The notes beneath the pieces are model-generated. The model saw only the letters and a list, made by a program, of their open reading frames with translations. It was not told the DNA's origin and searched no databases. A stretch of DNA of 64,000 nucleotides from a virus (lineage: Duplodnaviria > Caudoviricetes), in the IMG/VR virus record IMGVR_UViG_3300035686_000003, positions 64,001-128,000 of that record. The stretch is one strand, 5' to 3'. Made by a program: the position numbers and the translations under genes. Positions 17,500-25,810 of this stretch are shown here, in pieces (positions within the stretch are counted from its first letter, which is position 1; the number at the start of each line of letters is the position of its first letter).

Positions 17500-19467
17500 T
17501 CACTCAAGCTGTTGTAGTGCCTTTGGATGTGCCAAATAGATGTTTCCCACTTGGAACAACTTGCCATCACCATGAACAATGTTTTCTAGCGCTCTGACAG
17601 AGTATAGCTCCCTATCCTCCTCATCTATTTCAATGAGTTCAACCTTAAGCTGGCAACCCTTCAACGGATTAAACAAATACGCCTGCCCAATCACAAAGCC
17701 ATTTGCAGGAGCCTCCTCTGAAGGAACATCAGCAACTTCTGGTTCTATAGTCGCTTCTGCTACTACAGGCGGCTCTACGACTTCAGGAACAACCGCTACG
17801 TCAATGAAGGATGGTAGGGGTAAATCGGAAATTACTGGTGAAAGTTTGTCCTCCTTGATCTCGACTAGCTCTAGATCTGGATGAGTGGGCAAAGGGGCGA
17901 GTTCTTCTTCAGGAGAGTCTCCCTCCTTGTCTTGATACTTTTCAAACCCATCCCAGCTTGCAGTCGTTTGCTCTGGAATTCGTTTGGCTGTACTAGCAGG
18001 ATCATCTGGGTAGCTATAGTTGCTAGCGCTAGCGAGAGGGTAAAGCCACCCACTTGACCAGTCGATTCCCATGCGAATCTGTGCGTTCCCACCTTCTCTG
18101 TTTTTGAGCCAGTTAAACTCAAGAACCTTGTAATCGTGAATTGTTTGTCGGTTGGCATAACCCTCCGACCACAATGCAATTATCTGATCTGCGTGTTTGG
18201 AAATACCGTTGCTATCAGCGAAGCAGAAGATGCCCTCCGGCTTTTTGCCGGATTTAACAACATCTGTCGAATATTGTGCGAACGAAAAGAGTGTCGCACC
18301 CATCCCCTTCGCAATGTGTCCCAACTGAGCTGTTGCCGATGAAATCACAGAAGACTTCATCTCGTTTGGGCAAAACTCTCCAAAATACTGCAAATAGTCT
18401 AGTACAATGCAACGGAATCCTGTAAATTGCTCTCCGTATCGCTCTCTGAACTCTGATTCAGCTTCAGCGATCGCCTGATGCACTCCCGCTACGGTTGGTT
18501 CCGTTGGCTGAATGATGTGCAAAGGCAAATCATACATTTTTTGCTCATAAACCTTCTCTAGCCTCTCAACATCTGCAAGGCTAAACACAGGATTTTTGCT
18601 GATTACTCCTGCCGATATCTTTAGCTCTGCACCCCAAATTTTGGCTTGACACTGCTCCTCTGTCATCTCCATCGAAACAAGCAAGGTAAAGTTCCCTGCT
18701 TCTGCCAGTTGCTTAGCTAATGCAACTGCTAGGGTGCTTTTGCCACCACTGGGAGGCGCACCAAATACCACGATTTCACCAGGGATAAAGCCCCCTGCCG
18801 CTTGGTTGAAGTCGTACCAATCAGCAGTCCGTACTGCATTGGTTTGGGCTTCTCCCATCGCAATTGCTTTGATTTGATCAAGCATTTTGCGACCAATATC
18901 CCGCACAGAACCACCCCGCTTCTTCTTCGGCATTCCCTTTTGCCGAAAATTTCGCAAAGTGCTTTCAGCTGCCATTAAGACATCGCTGGAGGTAACGGAA
19001 GGATCTAAAGCCAAACTGATGCTATTGGCAAGAATCTTAGCAAGTTCCCGCTTCTCGTATTTTGCAACAATTCTCTCTGCATAACCCGCTACATATTCAG
19101 GATCGTGGTAGCTAGATTCAAAGAGCTTCGAGAGTAGTGCTTTCGTGAACTCTCCCGTTTTCCCGCAATAATCATGCAGGTAGTTTTCAATGGTTCGTAT
19201 TTCAATGGGAAGTCTATATTTGTGGTAAGCATCACAAACACCCTTCCAAACATCCCGCAAGTCTGGAGATACAAAGTGTTCTGCTTTGAGGGTAGAAGCA
19301 ACCTTCAGAAAGGTCTGTTCTGGACTCGCTGAGCCGAAAATACAAGCCAAGACTCCGTATTCGTCCTCAATTGCCTCTGGCATCTTCCGACTTGCTAATT
19401 CCCGTAGCTGTGCTGCCTGTAAATCATGACCATGACCAAAACCTTTTCCTTTGCCTGCTAGAACCAT
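17500..19467 (-). CDS. dnaB: DnaB-like replicative helicase
   Basis: DnaB-like N-terminal domain, GAPPSGGKS, VSMEM, IVLDYLQ, AD.I..L, KNREG; directly downstream of the initiator. Confidence 0.85.
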   Translation of the reverse strand: MVLAGKGKGFGHGHDLQAAQLRELASRKMPEAIEDEYGVLACIFGSASPEQTFLKVASTLKAEHFVSPDLRDVWKGVCDAYHKYRLPIEIRTIENYLHDYCGKTGEFTKALLSKLFESSYHDPEYVAGYAERIVAKYEKRELAKILANSISLALDPSVTSSDVLMAAESTLRNFRQKGMPKKKRGGSVRDIGRKMLDQIKAIAMGEAQTNAVRTADWYDFNQAAGGFIPGEIVVFGAPPSGGKSTLAVALAKQLAEAGNFTLLVSMEMTEEQCQAKIWGAELKISAGVISKNPVFSLADVERLEKVYEQKMYDLPLHIIQPTEPTVAGVHQAIAEAESEFRERYGEQFTGFRCIVLDYLQYFGEFCPNEMKSSVISSATAQLGHIAKGMGATLFSFAQYSTDVVKSGKKPEGIFCFADSNGISKHADQIIALWSEGYANRQTIHDYKVLEFNWLKNREGGNAQIRMGIDWSSGWLYPLASASNYSYPDDPASTAKRIPEQTTASWDGFEKYQDKEGDSPEEELAPLPTHPDLELVEIKEDKLSPVISDLPLPSFIDVAVVPEVVEPPVVAEATIEPEVADVPSEEAPANGFVIGQAYLFNPLKGCQLKVELIEIDEEDRELYSVRALENIVHGDGKLFQVGNIYLAHPKALQQLE

Positions 19468-19559
19468 TGTCTCTCTCCTATCGGGGTAACTTTACTAGAC
19501 ATCTGTGTTTGTTCCAAATCAAAATCAGCTTCCTAATTTTGGCAAAGCTGAGGAACTTC

Positions 19560-20927
19560 TCAAGGTGTGAGGTTACGTGCAAGGTAGTCGGCATTCTCCT
19601 GCCGTACTTTGAAAGACCAGATCACGTTGTACTGCATGGACGTGTTGCCCTTCAATCTGACTACTTCTCTGATGCACTCCTCCCTTAATTTATCACGCAA
19701 CGCTGATTCCTGCCACAGCCTCAATGCGCTGTCCTTAAGGAATGTTTCCGCCTCGAACAATACAATCTCCTCCTTCTGCATAACAGGTGCCTCTAAGGTA
19801 GGCTGTTGAGCCGCTACCGCTTGCTTCTGTGAGGACTCGTACATCTTAAACTCCTCCAAGAGGTGACGGTATTTCTCTCCACCCAAGGATAAGTTTTCGA
19901 GGACACGGACGTAATAAAGACTTTTGTTTGTCAAAGTCGTATTGTCCTTCAACAACACGGCATAGAACCAAGTGGTGAAGCTCTTGTACCGCTCCTTCGA
20001 TCCGAAGATATCATACCGCCATTGGTTATCACGATCTACCTGCTCTTGCCGCAACCGTTCCTTCTCCTCTTTGGCAAGTCGTCTCGCCTCAGCTGCCGCC
20101 CGACGCTCTGCTTCTTTTGCGGCTTTACCTGCTGCTACTTCCTCCGGTGTTCTTTTGTTGCGTTTGGGCTTTGACGTATTTTGTGTCAATTTAGTTTGCG
20201 GCGGGGGCGAAACTCTTCCAACACCAAGATCAGTTATATTCTCTGCTTTGATTTTAGATTTTGATTCCGATGAGTACGAGAAGGTTTGTTCTTGTGCAGG
20301 GTCTTGGATTTCCAGCGAAGCTCCGGAGTCCAGATTTAGTTGTGTGCGAGATTCCCCTAGCGAAGCGTCAAGGTTGCTGGCTTGCCCTGCGTCAGCAGAA
20401 AGGTTAGTCTCTTGTTTAGTTTCTGCTCTAGTTTCTTGTATATATAGAGGACTGGTGCAATTTGATCCGGTGACTAGATCAATTTGATCCGGTGACTGGT
20501 GCAATTTGATCCGGTCTATTCGTGAGCAGATCAATTTGATCCGGTCATCCTTAGTTAAGCGCCAAGCTTCTTGTCCTATGTAGCCGATAGCTTCTACTCC
20601 CTCTTGATTGATGGTGTACCACTTTTGATTCGTTTTACCGAATTTGGCTGATTCTACTAGCTGCATTTCTTCTAGCGACAGCAGGATTCTTTTGACTGTA
20701 GGAACTGACCACCATCGAAAATTCTTTGCTTGCCACTCTTCTACCGTGTTATAGACCCAATATCTGCCATCTCTGTAGACGGCTTGATTTTGCGACATCT
20801 CGTGATTCTTTATCCAGTAGTTTATTTGCTGTAGCACGATCGCCTCTTCCAAGCCAATTCGGACTGCTAGTTCCGGCAGGATAACCATCGGGAACTCATC
20901 TTGAAGCAAGTAAATATTCTTTCTCAT
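19560..20927 (-). CDS. Replication initiator (lambda O/DnaD-like winged helix) containing the origin iterons
   Basis: LPELAVRIGLEEAIVLQQINYW...DGRYWVYNT.EEW...TVKR.L.SLE; internal DNA repeats; followed by DnaB. Confidence 0.85.
   Translation of the reverse strand: MRKNIYLLQDEFPMVILPELAVRIGLEEAIVLQQINYWIKNHEMSQNQAVYRDGRYWVYNTVEEWQAKNFRWWSVPTVKRILLSLEEMQLVESAKFGKTNQKWYTINQEGVEAIGYIGQEAWRLTKDDRIKLICSRIDRIKLHQSPDQIDLVTGSNCTSPLYIQETRAETKQETNLSADAGQASNLDASLGESRTQLNLDSGASLEIQDPAQEQTFSYSSESKSKIKAENITDLGVGRVSPPPQTKLTQNTSKPKRNKRTPEEVAAGKAAKEAERRAAAEARRLAKEEKERLRQEQVDRDNQWRYDIFGSKERYKSFTTWFYAVLLKDNTTLTNKSLYYVRVLENLSLGGEKYRHLLEEFKMYESSQKQAVAAQQPTLEAPVMQKEEIVLFEAETFLKDSALRLWQESALRDKLREECIREVVRLKGNTSMQYNVIWSFKVRQENADYLARNLTP
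20430..20546. repeat. Putative replication origin: four iterons plus adjacent AT-rich tract
   Basis: CAATTTGATCCGGT at 20458, 20480, 20502 and 20532 (spacing 22, 22, 30); TTGTATATATAG next to them. Confidence 0.85.
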
Positions 20928-20930
20928 TGT

Positions 20931-21122
20931 CTAAACTCTCCCTTTGTTTGCACGATTTTCAAGTTCGTTCATTGCTATCTCATAAAGAGCATCCACAAAT
21001 TCTTGCTTGTTTAGCCCTAGCCGATCTCGCAGACTATCTATTCTTTCTTTGTCTAATTTCGGAATCCTCCAAGGGTACACTGGTCTACTTTCGTTGTATT
21101 TTCCATCTCGTGTTCTTGACAT
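20931..21122 (-). CDS. Small RHH/CopG-like DNA-binding protein
   Basis: WRIPKLDKERIDSLRDRLGLNKQEFV; paralog of 21215-21430; ATG at 21122 preferred. Confidence 0.55.
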   Translation of the reverse strand: MSRTRDGKYNESRPVYPWRIPKLDKERIDSLRDRLGLNKQEFVDALYEIAMNELENRANKGRV

Positions 21123-21214
21123 ATTTTCTCTCCCATTTGTAAGCGACGTAAGCAAATCTCTAACACTATTATAACTTTAGTTTGCCTAAAGCTGCGATAG
21201 TGTTACTTCAAAAT

Positions 21215-21430
21215 TTATGCCCTACCCTCCAAGACCCCTATTGCAAGCTCGTACATTGCCTCTAGGAACTCCTGCTTGCTATAGCCTAACTTTTGTCGCA
21301 CCTGCTCAATCCTTTTTTGTTGCTCTAAATCTACTCGCAAGCTGTACGTGGGATGCTTTGAGTTGTAACGGATGAACCTCTGAGTGTTAGTGCCTGAACT
21401 GCCTGATTTCTTCTGAGCTTTTGAATCCAT
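21215..21430 (-). CDS. Small RHH/CopG-like DNA-binding protein
   Basis: YSLRVDLEQQKRIEQVRQKLGYSKQEFL. Confidence 0.55.
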   Translation of the reverse strand: MDSKAQKKSGSSGTNTQRFIRYNSKHPTYSLRVDLEQQKRIEQVRQKLGYSKQEFLEAMYELAIGVLEGRA

Positions 21431-21474
21431 GATGCTTCTACCAAATTTAACTTCATCATTGTAGCATACTCAGG

Positions 21475-21552
21475 AATAGCTGTTAGCGTTTAGCCGTTAG
21501 CTATTAGCTTTCCGGATTCTAGCTAGAGGCTAATAGCTAGTAGCTAAGAGCT
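21475..21552. repeat. Heptamer-periodic inverted repeat (TAGC x5 / GCTA x4 at 7-bp period)
   Basis: AATAGCT GTTAGCG TTTAGCC GTTAGCT ATTAGCT ... AGCTAGA GGCTAAT AGCTAGT AGCTAAG. Confidence 0.75.
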
Positions 21553-21690
21553 GTTGTACGGAAGTTTGCACTAGTTGACTACGGTTTACTTCCATGGACG
21601 ATCAGAGATCTTTGATAAAGTGAGAGATGTAGTTTAACTCCTTGTTGTATTGCGGAATATGAGAACGAGTTATCCACGACCACCCACAAG

Positions 21691-21757
21691 TCAGTGATCA
21701 ATGAACAGTGATCAGTAGTCAAGATTTGTTAACTGATCACTGTGTACTGATAACTGA
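21691..21757. repeat. Heptamer-periodic inverted repeat (CAGTGA(A/T) / ACTGAT(A/C)), STRR-like
   Basis: TCAGTGA TCAATGA ACAGTGA TCAGTAG ... ACTGATC ACTGTGT ACTGATA ACTGA. Confidence 0.75.
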
Positions 21758-21791
21758 AAAGCCCTAGACTCTTTTGCGGAATCTAGGGCTA
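21757..21791 (-). terminator. Intrinsic terminator
   Basis: AGCCCTAGA..TCTAGGGCT stem with A-tract on the left, downstream of 21803-22045(-). Confidence 0.65.
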
Positions 21792-21802
21792 ACTGTTGTT
21801 GG

Positions 21803-22045
21803 CTATTGAATTCCTTTTGCTTTAGCGATCACTTTCCTGGCTCTGCTAATGATGCGACCATCGAAATAGTCGCGAGTGTCACCTATAGCTGCTAGTTGGT
21901 CTGTTGTAAGCTCTAGCATCTCTAGTAGCTCTGGTGCGGCAGCGATGAGGTGGGCAGTATGTGAATCCAAGTCTTCCACAATTAAATACCCATGCTCATC
22001 CCTGACATCAAAAAAGCTCCCGATTTTAACAATTTCCCACCTCAT
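21803..22045 (-). CDS. Phage hypothetical protein
   Basis: AHLIAAAPELLE motif common in small phage proteins; RBS present. Confidence 0.6.
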   Translation of the reverse strand: MRWEIVKIGSFFDVRDEHGYLIVEDLDSHTAHLIAAAPELLEMLELTTDQLAAIGDTRDYFDGRIISRARKVIAKAKGIQ

Positions 22046-23829
22046 AGTTCTCCTCCTTCATACCCTTCAAAGTATTCCAACTTCATCCCCACAGCTGGCA
22101 GTTCCATTAATGCTTGAATTTCCTCCTCATTGCGAGCCAATGGTACCCAATACATGATACTTTTGCTACGAGTTGTCGCGACGTATGTGGCATTCACCTC
22201 TTGGGCGAACATCCACTTCAACATATCCCGTCGCAAATAAGGCAACACATTTGCGCCCACTAGGAAAACATTTGTTGCTTCGTCGCCCTTCGCTGAGTGA
22301 ATCGATGAGAAAATGATGTGCTTGCTACGGTCTTCAGCCTCCACGGGAAAGGCTTGAGCGATCGCTTGCAAAAACTCATCGAGGTTACGGGCATCCTTCC
22401 CCAAGAACTCGTAGCAATATTCTAGACACTTGTAGCTGTCACCTACAGCATCTGCTAGTTGCAGTTGTTCACCATCGATATACTGCTGCACCAAGAAGTC
22501 CCGTTGTTCTGTGAGCTTATCAATGAATTCGCTCCACTTACAATGACGTGCGATAGACTTTGCGAACCCTGACATTTCCTGAGCGATATTGCGCCCACGA
22601 ACAACCCCCTCTTTCCCTTCAAAGAACTTTGTCTCTAAACACAATTTTACTAGTGGTGCAACAAATCTACATATTACTAAGTCGCCCGGTTGTGCTAAGA
22701 GTCTGACTTTATGGGGGTGGAGTTTCTCAATGTGACCCACCTGTGCATCATCACGAGCTTTGATGGCAGGGACGATGAGACTAGCAAAGGCTACGTGCGA
22801 TTGGGGGCAACGCTGGGTTTCTGCAAGGGGGAGGGTGCGAGCATCTGTCATTCTTGCAAAGGTATCCATTGCATCGTTACGGGCACCCATAAAGGAACCC
22901 GTGATAGCCTGTCGAGGATCGCCTACACCAATGAGCCGATATCCAGCAATCTTAAATTTTTTGTAAAGTGATAACATTGCTGGGTTGTTGTCTTGTATTT
23001 CGTCCCCTAGTAGCACCGCCTTCTCAGCTTTAGGCTTTCTTGGGGATAGTCTTAGCTTATGTACCAGCCATAACATATCGGCATAATCGATGACCTTTTC
23101 GTAGACCCCCTGACGATAACAGTCGTCTAGGAGGGCGATGGCACTGTTGATGCCCCACGCCTGCCCACGCTTGCCTCCTGGAAACCGAATCCCATAGTAG
23201 CCACAGGTGAACTCTAGTGCTTCTGGTGTTGCTTCAGCGAGGTTTAGTCTAGCAAAATCAATGAGTTTTTGTAGCTCGCCTTTCCAGCGATCTAGTACCA
23301 GCTCAGCCTTATCGGGTTCTGGTGGGAGTTGTGGAGGGGCAACAGGATAATCCCCCTTGAAGGGTTGCTTGTTATCCAAGCGGTACTTGTAGTCAGCGAT
23401 TGCCGACTTTAGTCTCCGTGTGCCAACTTCTGCTAGCTTTAGTGCTTTTTTGTAGTCAACCTTGGGAGCTTCGCCCCTGAAGTAAGACATCAGCAAGCCA
23501 TAACAACATCCGTGTGCAGTAGAGACGTTGCAGCGTTTTGGTATGCGTTTATCATTTTCTAACTTCTCCTTGACAGAAACGTTATAGGCGAGAATGTTGA
23601 TTTTTGTATTCACTGGAAGTAATCCAACGATTCCGACAATCAGGGTTGTCTTACCCGCACCCGCCACTGCTTCTACTACTAGGTTGTCATCACTATTCTG
23701 AACTTCTTCAAAGACTGCCAGCTGTTGATCATTCCAGGGGATTGCGTTCAGGAATTCTTTCTTCCAGCGCTGAGGTGTCCAAGTGTCTGATTTAACTTTT
23801 GGTGCTTTTGCTTTGCGTTCTTTCGTCAC
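22042..23829 (-). CDS. SF1 (UvrD/Rep-like) helicase
   Basis: EAVAGAGKTT, LAYN, STAH, DEIQD, VGDPRQAI, TQRCP, SSIHSAKGDE, YVATTR. Confidence 0.92.
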   Translation of the reverse strand: MTKERKAKAPKVKSDTWTPQRWKKEFLNAIPWNDQQLAVFEEVQNSDDNLVVEAVAGAGKTTLIVGIVGLLPVNTKINILAYNVSVKEKLENDKRIPKRCNVSTAHGCCYGLLMSYFRGEAPKVDYKKALKLAEVGTRRLKSAIADYKYRLDNKQPFKGDYPVAPPQLPPEPDKAELVLDRWKGELQKLIDFARLNLAEATPEALEFTCGYYGIRFPGGKRGQAWGINSAIALLDDCYRQGVYEKVIDYADMLWLVHKLRLSPRKPKAEKAVLLGDEIQDNNPAMLSLYKKFKIAGYRLIGVGDPRQAITGSFMGARNDAMDTFARMTDARTLPLAETQRCPQSHVAFASLIVPAIKARDDAQVGHIEKLHPHKVRLLAQPGDLVICRFVAPLVKLCLETKFFEGKEGVVRGRNIAQEMSGFAKSIARHCKWSEFIDKLTEQRDFLVQQYIDGEQLQLADAVGDSYKCLEYCYEFLGKDARNLDEFLQAIAQAFPVEAEDRSKHIIFSSIHSAKGDEATNVFLVGANVLPYLRRDMLKWMFAQEVNATYVATTRSKSIMYWVPLARNEEEIQALMELPAVGMKLEYFEGYEGGEL

Positions 23830-23958
23830 GATAACCCTCTCTTGTGTGTTGGACTTGGAACCAAGTTATTTTTTAATCACTTCAATCCGTTGCCTAGTCT
23901 TTGTTTGGTACTTACAACCAACTTTCGTTCACCATCATAACACTGTAGTAAACTACGG

Positions 23959-24909
23959 TCAACCGAGGTCGATTCTTTCGCCTAGGACTCCTGCATGATA
24001 GGCTCTTTTGCACAGACTTCCCCAAGAATACTCTTCGTTGTAATAGTAGGCATGGAGGATCTTTTTGAACTCCTTCCAGAACCAACAAATTGACCTTTGA
24101 TCGAAGTAGTACAAATCCAGCTTGTAAACCATTGGCTCGCCATCTTCAGAAATATTGTAGGCGCAAGCTAGCATTCCTTGGTTGAGAGTATATTTTTCTT
24201 TTGTCAATTTGTTGAATGGTGCTACATACGCACTGAGCTGCAAAGCATACTTAATCAAAGGGAAGTATAGTTCTCCATTCTTTTTTTTGCTTATGGGAGC
24301 TTTTCTTTTGTTAAAATTCTTCCAGTCAAGAACAGTCATGCTGTAGCCACGCCCTTCATCTAGAATGTATGGTTTCACTTCAGTCGGCAATAGCGAGCAG
24401 TCGATATACTTGTAAGCATCAACTGTACCACCGTAACCTAACCGTGGATCTTCTTCGTCATGCCAGAAGATGCGCTTCTCCAAAGATATAGGGTGAATAT
24501 AGGGAAAGAGTGGTTGGAATGGTTCAATGAGGTTTAGTTGTGCGTCATCTAACCTCAACGATTCCTTAATGCTGGTGATCGCTAACTCTTGTTCTTCAAG
24601 GGGGAGCAACTGCAACTCAGGTCTTTCTGCGAGGATTAACTCAGGATAATGATATCTAAAGTGATTCTCTAATGCAGCATGGGCATTGGTTCCGTGGTTG
24701 CCTGCTTTAACTTTTATAGCTTCTGCCTTAGCCTTTCCTACTCGTTTCTGCCAACCAGAGAGAAAAGCTTTATCCTCGAACTTGCCGATGATTGTTGTAA
24801 CTGAAGAATATTCTTTATCTTTATGGCGGTAAACTCTGCCCTTGCCTTCAACTCTTGAGTTGTCTTGGATAATGTCTGTGTCGTTCCAAAGTTCTATTTG
24901 TGGTATCAT
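23959..24909 (-). CDS. PD-(D/E)XK exonuclease (phage Cas4-like)
   Basis: YSSVTTI, GT..H..LE, GGTVD, LDWK, LQLSAY. Confidence 0.8.
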   Translation of the reverse strand: MIPQIELWNDTDIIQDNSRVEGKGRVYRHKDKEYSSVTTIIGKFEDKAFLSGWQKRVGKAKAEAIKVKAGNHGTNAHAALENHFRYHYPELILAERPELQLLPLEEQELAITSIKESLRLDDAQLNLIEPFQPLFPYIHPISLEKRIFWHDEEDPRLGYGGTVDAYKYIDCSLLPTEVKPYILDEGRGYSMTVLDWKNFNKRKAPISKKKNGELYFPLIKYALQLSAYVAPFNKLTKEKYTLNQGMLACAYNISEDGEPMVYKLDLYYFDQRSICWFWKEFKKILHAYYYNEEYSWGSLCKRAYHAGVLGERIDLG

Positions 24910-24951
24910 TGTTTGTCATTTTAGCTGTGCTTATAATATTTTCGCACATTG

Positions 24952-24980
24952 TTGACAAATAATTATAGATTAGGTATATT
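24952..24980 (+). promoter_or_regulatory. Sigma70-type promoter
   Basis: TTGACA-17 bp-TATATT, pointing into an ORF-free gap. Confidence 0.65.
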
Positions 24981-24986
24981 TAAGAA

Positions 24987-25078
24987 GCCTGGTTGAATAA
25001 TACACTTTGACTTGGTAAAACCTTAACCCTCTCTTATTCAAAGCCGCTGTAACTCAAGTAAGTCTACAGCGGCTTTTG
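24987..25078 (+). ncRNA. Candidate ~90-nt sRNA
   Basis: Consensus promoter upstream, TTGAATAA/TTATTCAA stem, terminator AAAGCCGCTGTA..TACAGCGGCTTTT at 25040-25077; 25024-25035 is complementary to the helicase RBS. Confidence 0.45.
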
Positions 25079-25092
25079 CTTTGCGTAAGCTA

Positions 25093-25806
25093 CTATCGAA
25101 GCTTCCTATTGATCCGTTCGATGAGAGAGAGAAGGAGGGATTCTTCTTCGGCTTGGAGGTCAGCTATCTTCTCGTATTCTTTTTTTGCTGTAGTTTTTCT
25201 TTCTTTTAGAATCTGGTTGAGTGCTTCAGCATTTTGATTTACCCAGTCAAACTCTTCTTGACTTAGATCATATCGGCTCTGGGGAGTGACCCGCTGGTTG
25301 TTGCAATCGTAGATGTTACAGAAGCAAGTTGCCTTTTTTAAATCCGATGGCACCGAAATTTCAATCGTAATTATGTCATTGACTTGTGTTCCTAATCGCG
25401 CTAGAGAAAACAAAAGTCCTCTAGTAAAATTTGTAGCTATACCCTTCTCAAGCATCAATGGCACATCAGTCATCAAATCTAAACGTAGCTTAAGATTTTC
25501 TTCTCCTTCAAAATCCCTGACCCCAGTTTTCAGTAGCTTCACTTTTCCCTTAACTGCTCGTTGTTTGATGAACTCTTTCTGGTCGTCTACAGGGCGATCA
25601 CCATGATGCTTGTAAAACGATCCTGTTTTGTCATCAACATAGATTGCTGTACCACCCGAAGGAGGATCGCAGAAGCCAAGCACTTGCTCGCTATTATTAC
25701 TTTGGCTTTGCTGTTGTGCTAAGGACGCCAACACTTTGATTGCTGCCAAGATTTCTTCGTTTATACTTGTCATTGTTCTATCGCCTCTGTGGTCTACTAC
25801 TCTCAT
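25093..25806 (-). CDS. Hypothetical protein (cyanobacterial plasmid/phage type)
   Basis: Long ORF co-oriented with the operon; LGF..PP motif; function unknown. Confidence 0.55.
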   Translation of the reverse strand: MRVVDHRGDRTMTSINEEILAAIKVLASLAQQQSQSNNSEQVLGFCDPPSGGTAIYVDDKTGSFYKHHGDRPVDDQKEFIKQRAVKGKVKLLKTGVRDFEGEENLKLRLDLMTDVPLMLEKGIATNFTRGLLFSLARLGTQVNDIITIEISVPSDLKKATCFCNIYDCNNQRVTPQSRYDLSQEEFDWVNQNAEALNQILKERKTTAKKEYEKIADLQAEEESLLLSLIERINRKLR

Positions 25807-25810
25807 TGTA

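Noticed and set aside
20458-20546. Mini-CRISPR array from the CAATTTGATCCGGT repeats
   Set aside because: Repeats are 14-15 bp with 7-15 bp gaps, inside the initiator CDS; this is iteron geometry, and no cas genes are present
21670-21678. DnaA box TTATCCACG
   Set aside because: Single mismatched copy, expected by chance
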